Source: Azolla caroliniana (taxonomy: Eukaryota > Plantae > Polypodiophyta). Taken from it: a stretch of DNA of 64,000 bases. The stretch is from positions 372,001 through 436,000 of the forward strand of contig JBHGNT010000002.1 of NCBI GenBank assembly GCA_043228905.1. The letters run 5' to 3'. Within the stretch, counting starts at the first letter, position 1. Every line of letters begins with the position of its first letter. Below the pieces are notes generated by a model. It saw nothing but the letters and a program-made list of their open reading frames with translations. It was not told the DNA's origin and ran no database searches. The translations under genes were made by a program, and so were the position numbers. Below are positions 39,874-53,500 of the stretch, in pieces.

Positions 39874-42460
39874 GGCTTTACGTTCAGACAATGGAGGTGA
39901 GTATACCTCTCACGAATTTGGTGACTTTTGTAAGTTTGGAGGCATTCGGAGAGAGTTTGCAGCTCCTTACACCCCTATCCAAAATGGTGTGGCTGAGAGG
40001 ATGAATAGAACCATCCAAGACAGAGTTGTCTCTATGCTACACCATGCAAACATCTCACAAGGTTTTTGGGCAAAAGCCGTTTTAACAGCAATCCATGTGA
40101 TTAATCTATGACCGAACACGGCCATAGGTCTAAAAGTGGCACAAGAGTTGTGGACAAGCAAGACACCTCATTATGCTCATCTTAGAGTTTTTGGATGCGA
40201 AGCATATGTACACGTTCCAAAAACTTTAAGAAGGAAATTGGACTATAAATGTAGAAAATGTATATTCCTTGGTTACGGAATTGATGGGCAGTTTGGATAT
40301 GGCTTATGGGACCCTGACACACGTACTGTGGTCAAAAGTAGTGATGTTGTTTTTTATGAGAACAAAATGCATAAATAGTTTGTAAAGGAGGTAGAAGTGA
40401 GAAAGGTTGTGTTTAAAGATATTATGCCTTCTATTGATGTAAAACAAAAAAATATTATTGATGTACATGCTTCTACATGTGGGCAATCACGAAAAATTGT
40501 TATTGGTCAGTATGATGATGCCCAAAATGATGATGCTCAGCACAATGATGTGCAAAATAATGATTTCAACAAGAATATGCTCAGAATGATATTTATCATG
40601 CACAACCTGAGGGTATTTAGGTCCAAGAATCATTGAGGAGATCCATGTGTGTCTCCAAAGCACCTAGTAAGTTTGTTGATTATGTAATGCTAACAGATGT
40701 CGGTGAGCCTTCATGTTACAATGAAGCCATATCTGTTCATGATCATGCTAAATGGAAACAAGCGATGCAAAATGAGTTGGACAATATCCATAAGAATGGA
40801 AATTGGGATTTAGTGCCTTTGCCAAAAGGTGTAAATGATTGTATAAATACAAGTACACATCTGATAGTGTTCATCCCAAGTATAAAGCTCGCATTGTGGC
40901 AAAAGGTTTTAAACAAGAACAAGGAGTCGATTTCGATGAAATCTTCTCGTCGGTAGTCAAGATGACTATGTTACGCATGATGCTTGCATTGGTTGCTAAG
41001 AATGATCTTGATTTATTTCAAATGGATGTAAAAACTGTCTTTTTGCATGGAGATCTCGATGAAGAGATCTATATGGAGCAACCAAAGGGTTTTAAAGTTT
41101 ATGGGAAAATGCCTTTGGTATGTAAACTTAAGAAAAGTTTATATGGTCTTAAGCAATCACCACGAAAATGGTATCATAAATTCGATGCTTTTATGAGGTC
41201 CCAAAGTTATGCTAGGAGTAATGAAGATTCATGCTTATATACAAAGAAATGTATAGATGACTCATATGTTATTTTGATACTCTATGCAAATAACATGCTC
41301 ATCGCCAGTAAGAACAAGGATGAGTTGTCCAAACTAAAGAAAAATCTGAGTCAAACCTTTGATATGAAAGATTTGGGAAATGCTAAACACATCCTTGGAA
41401 TGCGTATTACTCGGGATAGGAGTAATGGATGTATTTATTTGTCTGAACCTGAGTATGTATGCAAAATACTCAAGAGGTTTAATATGGAGAATGCAAAGCC
41501 TTTGAGCACTCCATTATCTATGCATGTTAAACTGAGCAAAGATGAATGCCCCAAATCTAATCATGAAAAGGAGTTCATGAGTAAAATTCCTTACCAGTCT
41601 GTTGTTGGTAGTCGTATGTACGTTATGATAGCGACTAGGCCAGACATTGCTTTTGCAGTGGGAGTTGTGAGCAGATTTTTGTCAAATCTTGGTAAGAAAC
41701 ATTGGGAGGCAGTTAAACTGATATTAAGATATTTGTGTGGCACTAAGAATAGGTGTCTATGTTTAGGTGGCGGAAATATATCCATTATAGGATATACAGA
41801 CTCTGATTATGTTGGTTGTTCTGACAATAGAAAATCCACTTCGGGTTATATTTTTCAATTTATGGGAGGTGTCATATCTTGGAGATCTCATCTCCAAGAA
41901 TGCACTGCTCTGTCCACTACAGAAGTAGAGTATGTTGCGGCTAGCAAAGCATTAAGGAAGCCGTATGGGTGTCTAGATTAGCTTGTGACATGGGCATACC
42001 TAATCTTGTACCCATATTGTTTTGTGATAGTCAAAGTGACATTGCATTGGCGAAAAGCCCAGTATACCATGCAAAGACCAAGCACATTGGAGTGTGATAT
42101 CACTTCATTTGGGAATGCATATCTGCTGGCTACATCAGTCTTGAGAAAGTTGCCTCTCAAGAAAATGTCGCAGATGCATTGACCAAAGCTCTACCGCATG
42201 ATGTGCTAGTCTAGCATTGTTGTCATTTGATGGGAATTACTCAGGTCTTGAGGTTACAGACACTGTTTTTGTATATTGTGTAACATACTCATCAAGTAGG
42301 ATAGGATGTGTAGGTCTTGTTCAATAATCTTCCCATCAACTTTGTTGATCCCTTGTTTGGCCTTTAGTGGGAGATTGATAGTGAGAAAGGCCAAAAAGGT
42401 AATTTCTCACTATTTATGAATAGGTATATAAATGAATAGAAAGGTAATTTCTCACTATGT
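39874..42460 (+). mobile_element. Decayed Copia IN-RT-RH of another lineage, with PPT and start of 3' LTR
   Basis: LRSDNGGEY, QNGVAERMNRT, YKARIVAKGF, QMDVKTVFLHG, LYGLKQSPR, GYTDSDY; PPT AGTGGGAGAT at ~42366. Confidence 0.9.
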
Positions 42461-44370
42461 ATGCTGTTCACCATTTTTCTGCACAGCGGCTCCTCCGCTT
42501 CCATTGCTCCTCACAACAGGGCTCACGGCCTCGGTGAAATTGAGTGCGAAGAGGGAGGCCGCGCCGAAGACCGCAGAGAGAAGGAGGAGTTGAGTGCGGG
42601 TAGGAAGACACCATTCACCTCGATGTGCACCAAGTACTGTAGTTTTGAGCAGGAAGGGCTTGCTTGTATGGAGATTGGCGGGCCTCGGCCACCCCGGGAC
42701 CTCCAGCGGCACAAAGGAGCAATGCGAGCACGAGAGATGGCGGCCTACGGCTTGGCTTGCATTAATGATGTTGGAAGATGAGGCCCATGCCAAAGCATCC
42801 ATAGATGGTCTCTAATTTTAAATTTTGCGAAGTGATGCCTTGCGAACTCAAGCGCAATGTGCTTTTTGTCAATCTCTTTATCTTTGGACCTACGAAAATA
42901 TATGGATATATGTTGGTTGGGATATGTATAGAATTGATTGATATCTATGTGTATGTATGTGTGTTATGTGTGTATGTATGGAATAAGTGCTGTTGATGTT
43001 GGTTGTGAGTTTGGACCGTATATATAGCTTAAATTTTAAGATTCTCGTTTCTAAAAATACAAGACAATGCTAAAGACCCGTTGTAAGCACCAATACATAC
43101 ATAACTACTAATAATAACATAGATCTTATTTTGATTGGCTTCACTAGTCTATCCATCCTATACATATATATCTATGTATGAATGTCAAAGTTACCAACCA
43201 ATAATGCCCATGAAATAAGATCTCTATGTTAATAATGGAAAGTCAAACCTAACGTTGGTGGTATGTGAGTATTTGACTTTTAAATCTGTGTCCACTAGTC
43301 ATGATCATCATTGCTAGGTTGACAAAACACGTGGATTTATACACCATATGTTTCCAGAAAAAATGGAAACAAATCAAGTCTTAGCACAATCCAAGGACCA
43401 AGATGCATGTAAGTTAGGTTCTCAGTATACGTAACTTAGTTTTTACTACACGGCCCACAGCCAATTATTTTTGACATGTGATTGCCCTTTCATGTCTCGT
43501 TACTTTTTTTATGAACATTACTATTCGACACCTTCACCTTGGTTACCCAAGTGTTGATTGTGAATCATGATTCTTATCGTGCCAGATAAATAATTTCTAG
43601 ATATATGAATGCTCAAAGTTCCAAGTGTATGTGAATCATAATCAAATTGGACTCACACATTAAATATGAGGTTCCTAGTATGCCATATGCATAGGTGCTT
43701 GGCCCATATCATTCTCTTAGCATAATTTGCCTTAAAACAATGATACAATTATTAGGCAAACAGAAGGTTTATATAGAATGAGTGTGTGGCATGGAGACTA
43801 AAATATGGAGGGGAGCATGGCTAAACCAACAGCCTTCTATTTCCATGAGTTAAACCCGAAGATAAAATAAAAAGTACAATTTGATATGCACACCAACCCT
43901 TCCTAAGTATCAAACACGTGACCGTTGTTTTACTTGCACATGCCATGCTCCCAAAACAAACCAATGTGCACTTTTAGTGATGGCTATGATATCTCTAATA
44001 TAGAAAGCCATGTCAAATCAGAACATTCTTTTTAACCAAACAAATTGAAGAGTTGTTAGATCACATGAATTGCTTGGGTCCATATATCATTTCTCCTTTT
44101 TTTGACACAAAATTGTCTGGCTTTTGTAATTTATTGTGATTTTCTCTGAAAATACAGAATGGAAGAAACAAATGAGCTGTTTAAGCATTCACCCCATAAC
44201 TGAAGTTTTGAATTAGCTTTCAGTCTTATTAAGGAGTGAAGCAACACTTTGGAAACCATTTGAATGACTTTAAATATTTGCATTATTGAACGCATTCAAT
44301 AAGTTCGGATTGATACTAGAAATAATTTTGTGTAACTGGGTTTATGTTATAATGACTGAAGAAGTGTAGT

Positions 44371-44530
44371 TCAAGCAGTCCAGCTGCTGAGGTCAGCAAT
44401 AAGATTATCAACTAGAATATCTTTCTCCTCTCTTGAAGTCAGATTCTTAACACGAACTGATCCACGCTCCCATTCACTTGTGAACAGTATGATCTGCTTG
44501 ACTTGTAAACGTTCAGCATGCTTAAATGCC
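44371..44530 (-). other. Tandem duplicate of the HisRS terminal exon (open frame, intact acceptor and stop)
   Basis: Copy of 44563-44725 with a 3-bp deletion and a few substitutions. Confidence 0.85.
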
Positions 44531-44562
44531 CTGTGAGTATATAACAGACATGCAACAGTAGT

Positions 44563-47500
44563 TCAAGCAGTCCAGCTACTGAGCTCAGCAATAAGATTAT
44601 CAACTAGAATATCTTTCTCCTCTCTTGAAGTCAGATTCTTAACACGAACTGATCCACGCTCCCATTCACTTGTGCCTAACAGTATGATCTGCTTGGCTTG
44701 TAAACGTTCAGCATGCTTAAATGCCCTGTGGGTATATAACAGACATGCAACAATTATACACACATACAAAGAAATCATACTACAGTCATACAATAAAAAC
44801 ATAATTATACATGTAGTCAAAATATACAGACACAATAAACACATACCATGAAAACAATGTACATTTGCATTTACATCAGAAACTCATAAATGAAATTGAG
44901 GTTACCATTTCATCTTCTTATTCTCAAGAACAAGTTCCACAGCAAATCCTGCATTCCGCAACCGATTTGCGACCAATCCAGCTTGTGGCCTTAGCTCTTC
45001 CTCTAGTGCAAACACAATGCAATCCACATCAAGCTGAAGATTGGGCACTAGTCCTTTCTCCTTCAGCAACTGAAAGTATCCAAGTCAATAATAAGTCATT
45101 GTGATCAATGATTTCATTTTACGCTTTTTTTGGGTAATAGCTTTTAGGAGAAAATGTCAACTTCCTAAAATATCCGTAACTTGTGGGATATTTACCAGGG
45201 TTCAAAATTTTAAAATTTACTAATACAAAGGGTTATTCTGGTGTAATTCCCTAACATATATTGATAGTGAGAAAGCTTGCAATTAAGCGAATAGGTCCAA
45301 ATGAATGGCAATGTATACAACATTGTGGTAGAGCTTGAATGTATGCGTTAGTGATGTATCTTCATTTCAATGAAAGTTCCAACACAATCAAACATATGTT
45401 GTGACCGGATGATCAGTGCTTTTCTACTTAAATCATGCCTTGAGTAATACATCATAAGTTCCATAGAAAGCATTAACACAATCACATTTGCCAAGGATAA
45501 ATAGAACTAAATACCTCCACAATGACAGCATCACCAAATCCAAAGCCACATGCAGGAATCTCAGGCCCACCAAAAGTTGATAGCAATCGATCATAGCGAC
45601 CACCTCCACAAATCGCACGAAGCTTTCCATCTCTATCAAAACCCTTCAGAAAAAAGATGGATTGTTTTTATTAGAGTTTACACAAAGAGAAAAACCCTTG
45701 TTTTATTATTCATTGATTAAACTTTAGTCCTAAATTTTAAGGCAAAAGATGACCGTGGGGCTCAAATTGATGCTCGTGAAAAAATGGAATATAGATAATT
45801 TCTTACTTCAAATACAGTGCCTGTATAGTATGCCAGACCTCTAACAACGGAAGCATCAAAACAAAGCCAGTCAGCATAACCATATCCACTAGCTAATGCA
45901 AATAGCTGATTCAATTCTCTCACAGCTTCATTGTCAGAGCCCAGAAAACCTGCAAATGGAGGAAAGATTAAAAAAAACTGTTTTTCTATGGAGCATTGAA
46001 ATTGCACCAGTTGCTGCTTAAATACGCATAAGATTAATAATATCAAAGTCTCCACTCTTAGGGTTCAAGGATATTCAAATGTAAATATATCGTCAGAAAC
46101 TATATTTTGGCTCCTGAACCTGCAGATAATCTGCAGATGGCTACCATAAGTTTAAAAAAAGAACAAAAAAGACTGCCAGATGACTTTGATGTCCAGCCAA
46201 ACTCTTACAAAGTGATCGTCTCTATCCTATCAGCAATGAAAAATAAACAAGAGTCTGAAAATATGGCATTCCCTATAAGCACATATATAGAATACAAGAA
46301 TAGATAACAGTGTTCACAAGTGAGATCCTCCAGTGAAGTCTATCTCCTGCCCAAGGAAGATTATTCACATTATATTTGGAGGAGGACGACCATAAATAAG
46401 AAGAACACTCCCATATTCACAAATTCATTCAGGCACAGACATTCTTTAACAGAGGAAATCAGGAGATGATATGAATGGATGATGTTTACGAAGTGCATTT
46501 TAATCAGAAGTTTGCCTTCAAGTTCTGAAAGTGATCGCAGAGACAGAGCACTCAGAATGCCATCAACGGCATCTTTTGAAACTCCAAGCTTCAACAGTTC
46601 ATCCTCAACCTCTTGGCGAGAAATTTTCTCCATCTGTCAATAGAATCTATTTCCTTTTTAGACAAATACCATGCTTCTACTATAACTTAAATGGATGATA
46701 GGAAGACAAATTGAATATAAAAGTGCAAAGTTGGACGTTTACATGATTCCACAAAAGATTCAATGAATTTAAAACAAAATTAATACCTTATCAACAATCA
46801 CACAAACTGCAGCAAATGATTCTTTCGGCACTGAATATTGCCCAAGAACAGATTGAAGCACCTGTCAAACTCCATTATTTATGCAAGTTCTACGAAGATA
46901 CAAATCAACTGAAATTTGAATATCTAAATTGATTACCTTTCTATTGGATACTCGAATCCCAACATCTTCAGATGTAATGCCAACTTTTTTGAAAAATACA
47001 ACAATACCAGAGAGAAGTTCTGCTTCTGCCTGGATTTGGAAACAGTTTTAAGTTTCATGCACACATTATGAGAAGGGCTACACATAGAAACTACCTGTAA
47101 AATGCAAAAAAACTACAAAAGATCTCGCATTGCTTATATGCTCCTACAATGTCATACAATAGTCATAACTCATAAAGGAACATTTGATCTTTTCCTGAAA
47201 TTTGAAGCACTATTACATTACATGTTTTAAGCATGCACCAGGTTAATTATGCCTGGTACAAATTAGAAGATTAATTGTCAGTGATCTGAAAACCTAAATG
47301 AGTTTCTCTTAAAAGACGTTAATATATCTTCTTTCTTTCTTTCTTTCTACATAAGCCTTTATAGAAACACTCTCAAAGAAACCACGCACTTGATAGGCAT
47401 ATTCCTTATTTGAAGATTTTGCTCAGTTGCAAAAATTGTTAGAAATATTGAGAATTGATTAGATGGGTATATAGAGTTACAATTACAGAGATGGATATAT

Positions 47501-50500
47501 GAAAACAAAACTTCTATTACATATGAGAGTAGCTCACAATGGTAGTTTACCCATGCGCTCACACCTTAGCTCACAATTGGATGATAAAGCAGTGAAATGT
47601 ATTTTTGTAGGATACAGTTTTGAAAGTAAAGGCTATTGTCTGTATCATCCACAATCTAAAAGCATTTTGGTTAGCCGTGATGTTGTTTTTGTGGAGGGCC
47701 ACTTCTTTCATGTACGAAGGAGACATCAGTTAGCTCCAGACATGTGTATGACACTTTGTTGCCTCTGTTTACAAGTGGACAGTTAAGTGTTGGCCCACTT
47801 GAGGCACCTTCTCTGCCTTTGGAAGCTACTCATAATGATGTAGATCATTCCATTTCTGATGCAGATCATTCTATTTCTGATGCAGACTTACATGATGCAC
47901 TTATTAATGAGAGGGCTGATATAGAGGAGGCAAAGACTGTGCCTAAATGGCTGTTGCAGACTTTGCAAGACAGTAAATTGGATTTTCCTTTGTCATACCG
48001 TACTCGTTCAGGTTATCATAGTGCTTCTTTTGCATCAGATTGTTATGCTATGGCTGCCTCTAGTCTTTGCGATGAGAATGAGCCTATTTCTTTTGATGAA
48101 GCACAAAATTCAGAAAATTGGATGGCTGCTATGCAATCAGAATATGATGCTATTATGAGGACTGGTACATGGTCTTTATGTGACTTGCCTCCTGGCAAGA
48201 AGGCTATTGGCACAAAGTGGTTATATAAGCTAAAGTGTAAACCTGATGGAACAATTGACAAGTATAAGGCTAGGCTTGTTGCGAAAGGTTATGCCCAAGA
48301 AAAAGGCATTGATTTTGATGAGACCTTTGCTCCCACCTGCCATATGACTACTGTTCGTAGCATCTGTGCAATTGCAGCTCATCGTGGTTGGAATGTACAT
48401 CAGTTGGACATTAAAACAACATTTCTAAATGGCGATCTTCATGACGAAGTGTGTATCCCAGCCCCGTGGTTTTGTGTAGAAAGGGCATGAACACAAAGTG
48501 TGCAGGTTGAGAAAGGCATTATATGGCTTGAAGCAAGCACCACATTCTTGGTATGAAAAGATACATGCCTATTTGATTGCATTTGGGTTTGAGAATAGTC
48601 CAATTGAAAGCACCTTATATGTTAAGCGTGTTGATGATGTATTTCTGATCATGGTTGTGTATGTCAATGATATGTTGCTCACTGGTCCCAATGAGAAGCA
48701 TATTGCTGACTTTAAGGCTGATTTGCATGCCTCTTTTGAGATGTCAGATTTGGGGCATTTGCATCATTATTTGGGCATTCAATTCATGCAAGTTGATGGT
48801 GGAATAGCTTTGTGTCAATCAAAATACATTGACACATTATTACAGCGTTTTAGCCTTGAAGACTGTAAACCTATTGCTACTCCCATGGAGCTGTACAGGT
48901 TTACATTTGAGCCTTCATGATGCTGGAATGAATTTGATGCTGTTCTCTATCAGCAGGCAGTTGGATGCTTGATTTGCTTATGCATAACCCAACCTGACAT
49001 TCAGTTTGTTGTCTCTCAGATGAGCAGGTTTATGCATTGCCCAGGAGTTAAGCATTGGCAGGCAGTTAAGCGCATCTTTCGCTACTTGAGTGGTACCTGG
49101 TCACTTGGGTTGTTTTATCCCAAGTGGGGATCACTACCACCAGACCTGCATGCTTTTTCTGACTCTGATTGGACTGGTTGTTATGACACTCGTGTGTCCA
49201 CAAGTGGTTTTTGCTTCATGCTTGGTAGCTCATGCATATCTTGGTTGAGCAAGAAGCAGCCTACTGTGGCCACTTCTAGTTGTGAGGCTGAGTGTAGGGC
49301 AGCTTTCACAGCTACAGTTGAGTGTGTGTGGCTCAGACGCCTTTTAGCTGATTTGGGTGTTGGTCAGTCTTCTACCACCACCATCTTCACTAACAGTCAA
49401 AGCGCAATGGCAGTTGCGAGGAAATCTGTGTTCCATGCTCGCACTAAGCACATTGAGGTGCATTATCACTATGTCACGGAAAGGTTCTCCGCTGGTGAGA
49501 TCAGTTTGGCTTATGTGCCCACGCAGGAGAACACTGCAGACCTCTTCACAAAGGTCTGCCTAGGGAGAAGTTTCAAGCTTTCCGCAAAGCTTTAGACCTA
49601 ATCCCATTTGTGGATTCATCTCTATCCACATAGCTTGGCATTTGTTTAACCATGAGTGTCAGCTCCTTGTTCACCGCATCACTGACAATAATGTGTGAAC
49701 ACACTTAGGACTACAGGGGCATTTTTTCCCTCTTTAGGAGGTTTTTTCCCCCTGTCTATAAATACTCTCATAACCCTAAAGTGGAAAAGTTTTTTTGGGG
49801 ATTCAAAATAAGAACCCAACAGTTTTTTGATAAATTAATTAAATTAAATAAAGGTTCACAAACTCCCCCCTTTTTTATTTGACACTATAAAGGAGAGTTA
49901 ATACTAATCATATTTTTATAATCTACTAATGAATTATTGCTCTTTTCTTAGTTAATTTAATTTTTTTAATTTAAAAAAGGAAAGCGCTATTTGCCCCCCC
50001 ATTTTTTTTAGAATTTCTGATAGTTCTCACCTCGTTCGGCAACATGTCTCAACAAGCGTCTTCAGCTTCAATTATCGACAAAACCTTCACCGAGAGAGGG
50101 GCTCTGATCAGTTTTATCAAGGACCATTTCCGTGCTCAGAATATCATCGTTGTATTGGATAAGCATAGTGACAACCAAAAAGCCACTTTCAAGTGCTACT
50201 ATGGGGGGAAATATCGCAACCCTCTAGGCTTGACTGACGATACTCGCAAAAGACAAACGGGACTCGTCTAATGAACTGCCCATTCTTCGTTAGAGCAAAC
50301 TTCTCGAAGAAAATGGGACATTGGACTATTAAAAAGGCAGCTATTGCGCACAACCATCCTATTTCTGACAATCTCGGTGGTATATCAACGGCTCGTAGAC
50401 TTAACTGAAACAGAAAAAGCCATTGTTCAAGACATGGCAAATGCTGGAACTGGTGCGGCTTCAACTCTGGCCTACTTGAGAGAAAAAACCAGAAATCAAT

Positions 50501-53500
50501 GAACCACCAGGAAAGAAATCTACAACAAAAAAATTTAGGGGGGGGGATAGCCAAAATGGGGGGGCAAATAGTGCTTTCCATTAACTTCTTGGATATTTAT
50601 TTTGCAAAACGAATGATTTTATAATATTCTTGGTGCCATTTCGTATTCTCGAATATTGTGAATATCACGCATGTGTCAATCTATCGTTAACTTAAACGAG
50701 ATGCTTCTAAATTTTAAAGAATGCAACAATTGTATTCTCAAATTTCCATCGAATGTACAATGACCTGTGACAGACATACTTTGTTGTGATTGGAGCACAT
50801 TTCTAAATTAAGAGTTAAGCCTCAACGTCCTCTGGCAGGCAGCACATATATCCTCATTGGTATAGCAAGAATGTAAAGATTGACTTGGGAGAAAGATATA
50901 TTAATGTCTGTAAAAGGCCATATTGGCCTATGAGACCTGTCAGACATTTACAACTGTTTATAACTGTTTACAACTGTTTGTGATGCATAGCAAGAATGTA
51001 AAGATTGACTTGGGAGAAAGATAGATTAATGTCTGTAAAAGACCATAATGGCCTATGAGACCTGTCAGACATTCATAACTGTTTATAACTAGTCAATGTG
51101 AATAACAAAAGAAGAATGTCTTTCTAGATGAAGACTGTCTTTCTAGATTAGGTCCCGAAAACTAAATGGGTTGAAATGAAATCGTGAATAGCTTACAATC
51201 AGCTTCTGTGCCCGATCACTGAACCTGAATTTGCTGCCCTCTGAAAGAATTCATCATTGGGTGAGGTGATGATCCAAAATGGAAACGTCAATGGGAGAAC
51301 GAAAGCACATACAATGCCATTGTCATGAAGAATTCCGGCTATATGAAGAAAGAGGGGTGGATAGGCATGTGAACGAGGGCATGCAAGTAGTCACAGAACA
51401 CAAGGACCGGAGTACAAGAAATGTGAATATGTGTAAAATAATTAAAGTACTAGGTAGAGTAGTTAATGGGTACTTTATGACCCACACGTATAGAGAATAA
51501 GAATAAGTTTAGATGGAGAGAATCGAGGGCAATCTCTGACAGAAAAGGCTGCCATTTACATGCGATGTAACGGCCTCCCCTTGTGCTATAAAGGGGGAGG
51601 TTTGATATTGTTTTGGGGTATCCTCGTTTTAGGAGAAGGAAGTGCTGCCACATCGAGCTCTGCAGACTTCTGCTTCTCTATGTTCTGTTTTCCGTTGTCA
51701 TACTGCGAGGCCTCCATTTCGCACTGGTAGCCCCTGTATCTGTGTGTGTGTGTATAGAGCTCGAAGCTCCGTTGCCAGTTGCGTCCCGTTGTACTTTTTC
51801 TGTTTTCCTCTGTTAATCATTAGTTTGTTGAGTCCCTGTGTGTTTGGGAATCCCTGTGCTCTTATCTCTATGCTATTCTTGTTTGAGTGCGCGTAATCAA
51901 GAGCGCGAGCCCGTGAGCTCGTCGCTGTTATCAGGCAACCGGTCCGGAACAATATACGTCTCTGAGCGCTCACCGTCCAGCATCCGGGGATCGATCCGGA
52001 TCAGATACGTGACCGGAAACCGATCTGGACAACCTTTCCTCTCACACCATCTCTTTGGTCCGAAACCCCGGCGGTTCCACCCCGTTTCAACACGTACTCG
52101 CGGATTTCCGGGACACTGTGTGATTAGAGAAAGCTTAAAGTAGATATAAATCAAAAGATCTTGTACTTGTTGGTTATACTTATAATTGTGAGATAGCTAG
52201 ATTATTCCCTAAAGCCAGATAGCTTATTCGTAACTTAAGATAAATGGGACCATCAACTTATAAATCAGAAGTGATCATACCCATTGGGTATACTAATAAA
52301 AGGAGACCAATATCTGATTCAAAACTTGTAGTGAAATACTACTGCTACAAGATTTCTACTAGATTATTTGAATGGTGGTCACTAGCTTCTTTCTTTAGGT
52401 ACTAGGTTTCCATGTGGAATTTGAAACTTTCTCAAAGGATCATTAACTTCATATGAATGAGTACAGAAAATAGGGTAAGAATCAGACACTATTCTTTGTG
52501 ATTGGAAGTGCATTTTATGCATAGATAGGAATTGAAATCCCACCCCTTTACATTCACTCAAAATTAATCATATAAAAACAAAAAACTTAAGATTTGTAGG
52601 CTAAAAAAACAATAAAGGTTTAAACAAACCTAAAAGACATACATCCAAGTACTGCTCTCATACTATACTTTATTTTAACTCACCTCAACACCAGAAACAC
52701 CAACTATATCCATATTCCACTGATAATGTTCACGTCTCCTTCCCCTTGTCATCCTTTCATACCGCCAACATTGTCCAATTGCAAACCATTTCACAGGAAA
52801 TGGCAAAGCCTTGCTACATAAAGTAAGAAATAAACATAAATGGCATAGACGAGAACTTTAAACAGTTTTCTTCCACACATTATGGCTGCACATTGACGTT
52901 ACGTGTTTCATGTACCCTTTCTGCAGTATTAATCGAGCTAATGATGGTGTGAGTTCTGGACGTAGTGAAACCCGACGTCCACCTTTATCTTCAAAATTAT
53001 AAAGCTGTGCATGAACAATACGAAGTTACTTCAAGCCAAACTGCCCTGATGTTGACTGTATTTTTAAATGTATATAGTTCTCTTCCAAGGACCAATCATG
53101 ACTCATAACATCACAAGGAAAACATGCAAGAAGAGATGATGTATCAAAACCGCACAACATTCTAATAATAGATACATGTCCTCTGTGGAACTGTTCTCAA
53201 AAGTGCTAGATATATGTGATCTAAACATTATTCACAGCACTGAAAAAGCTGATGGGATATCTGCTCAAAAGAAAAAAGAGTATAACACAGGATGCTCAAA
53301 ACAAACTAGCATATATGGGTGCACATAGAAGCATAAACATTGATAAATTGTTTTCCAATCCTAGCATACTGTTTAAGCATAAATGTATTTAAAACTAGGC
53401 ACCTGTGATAGAGGTACATGCTTCTCACCAGCTCATAACTGAGGACCAATGCAAGACTCAACTATTTATGCATGCACTTAAGGAATGAACTCCAGTTCCC

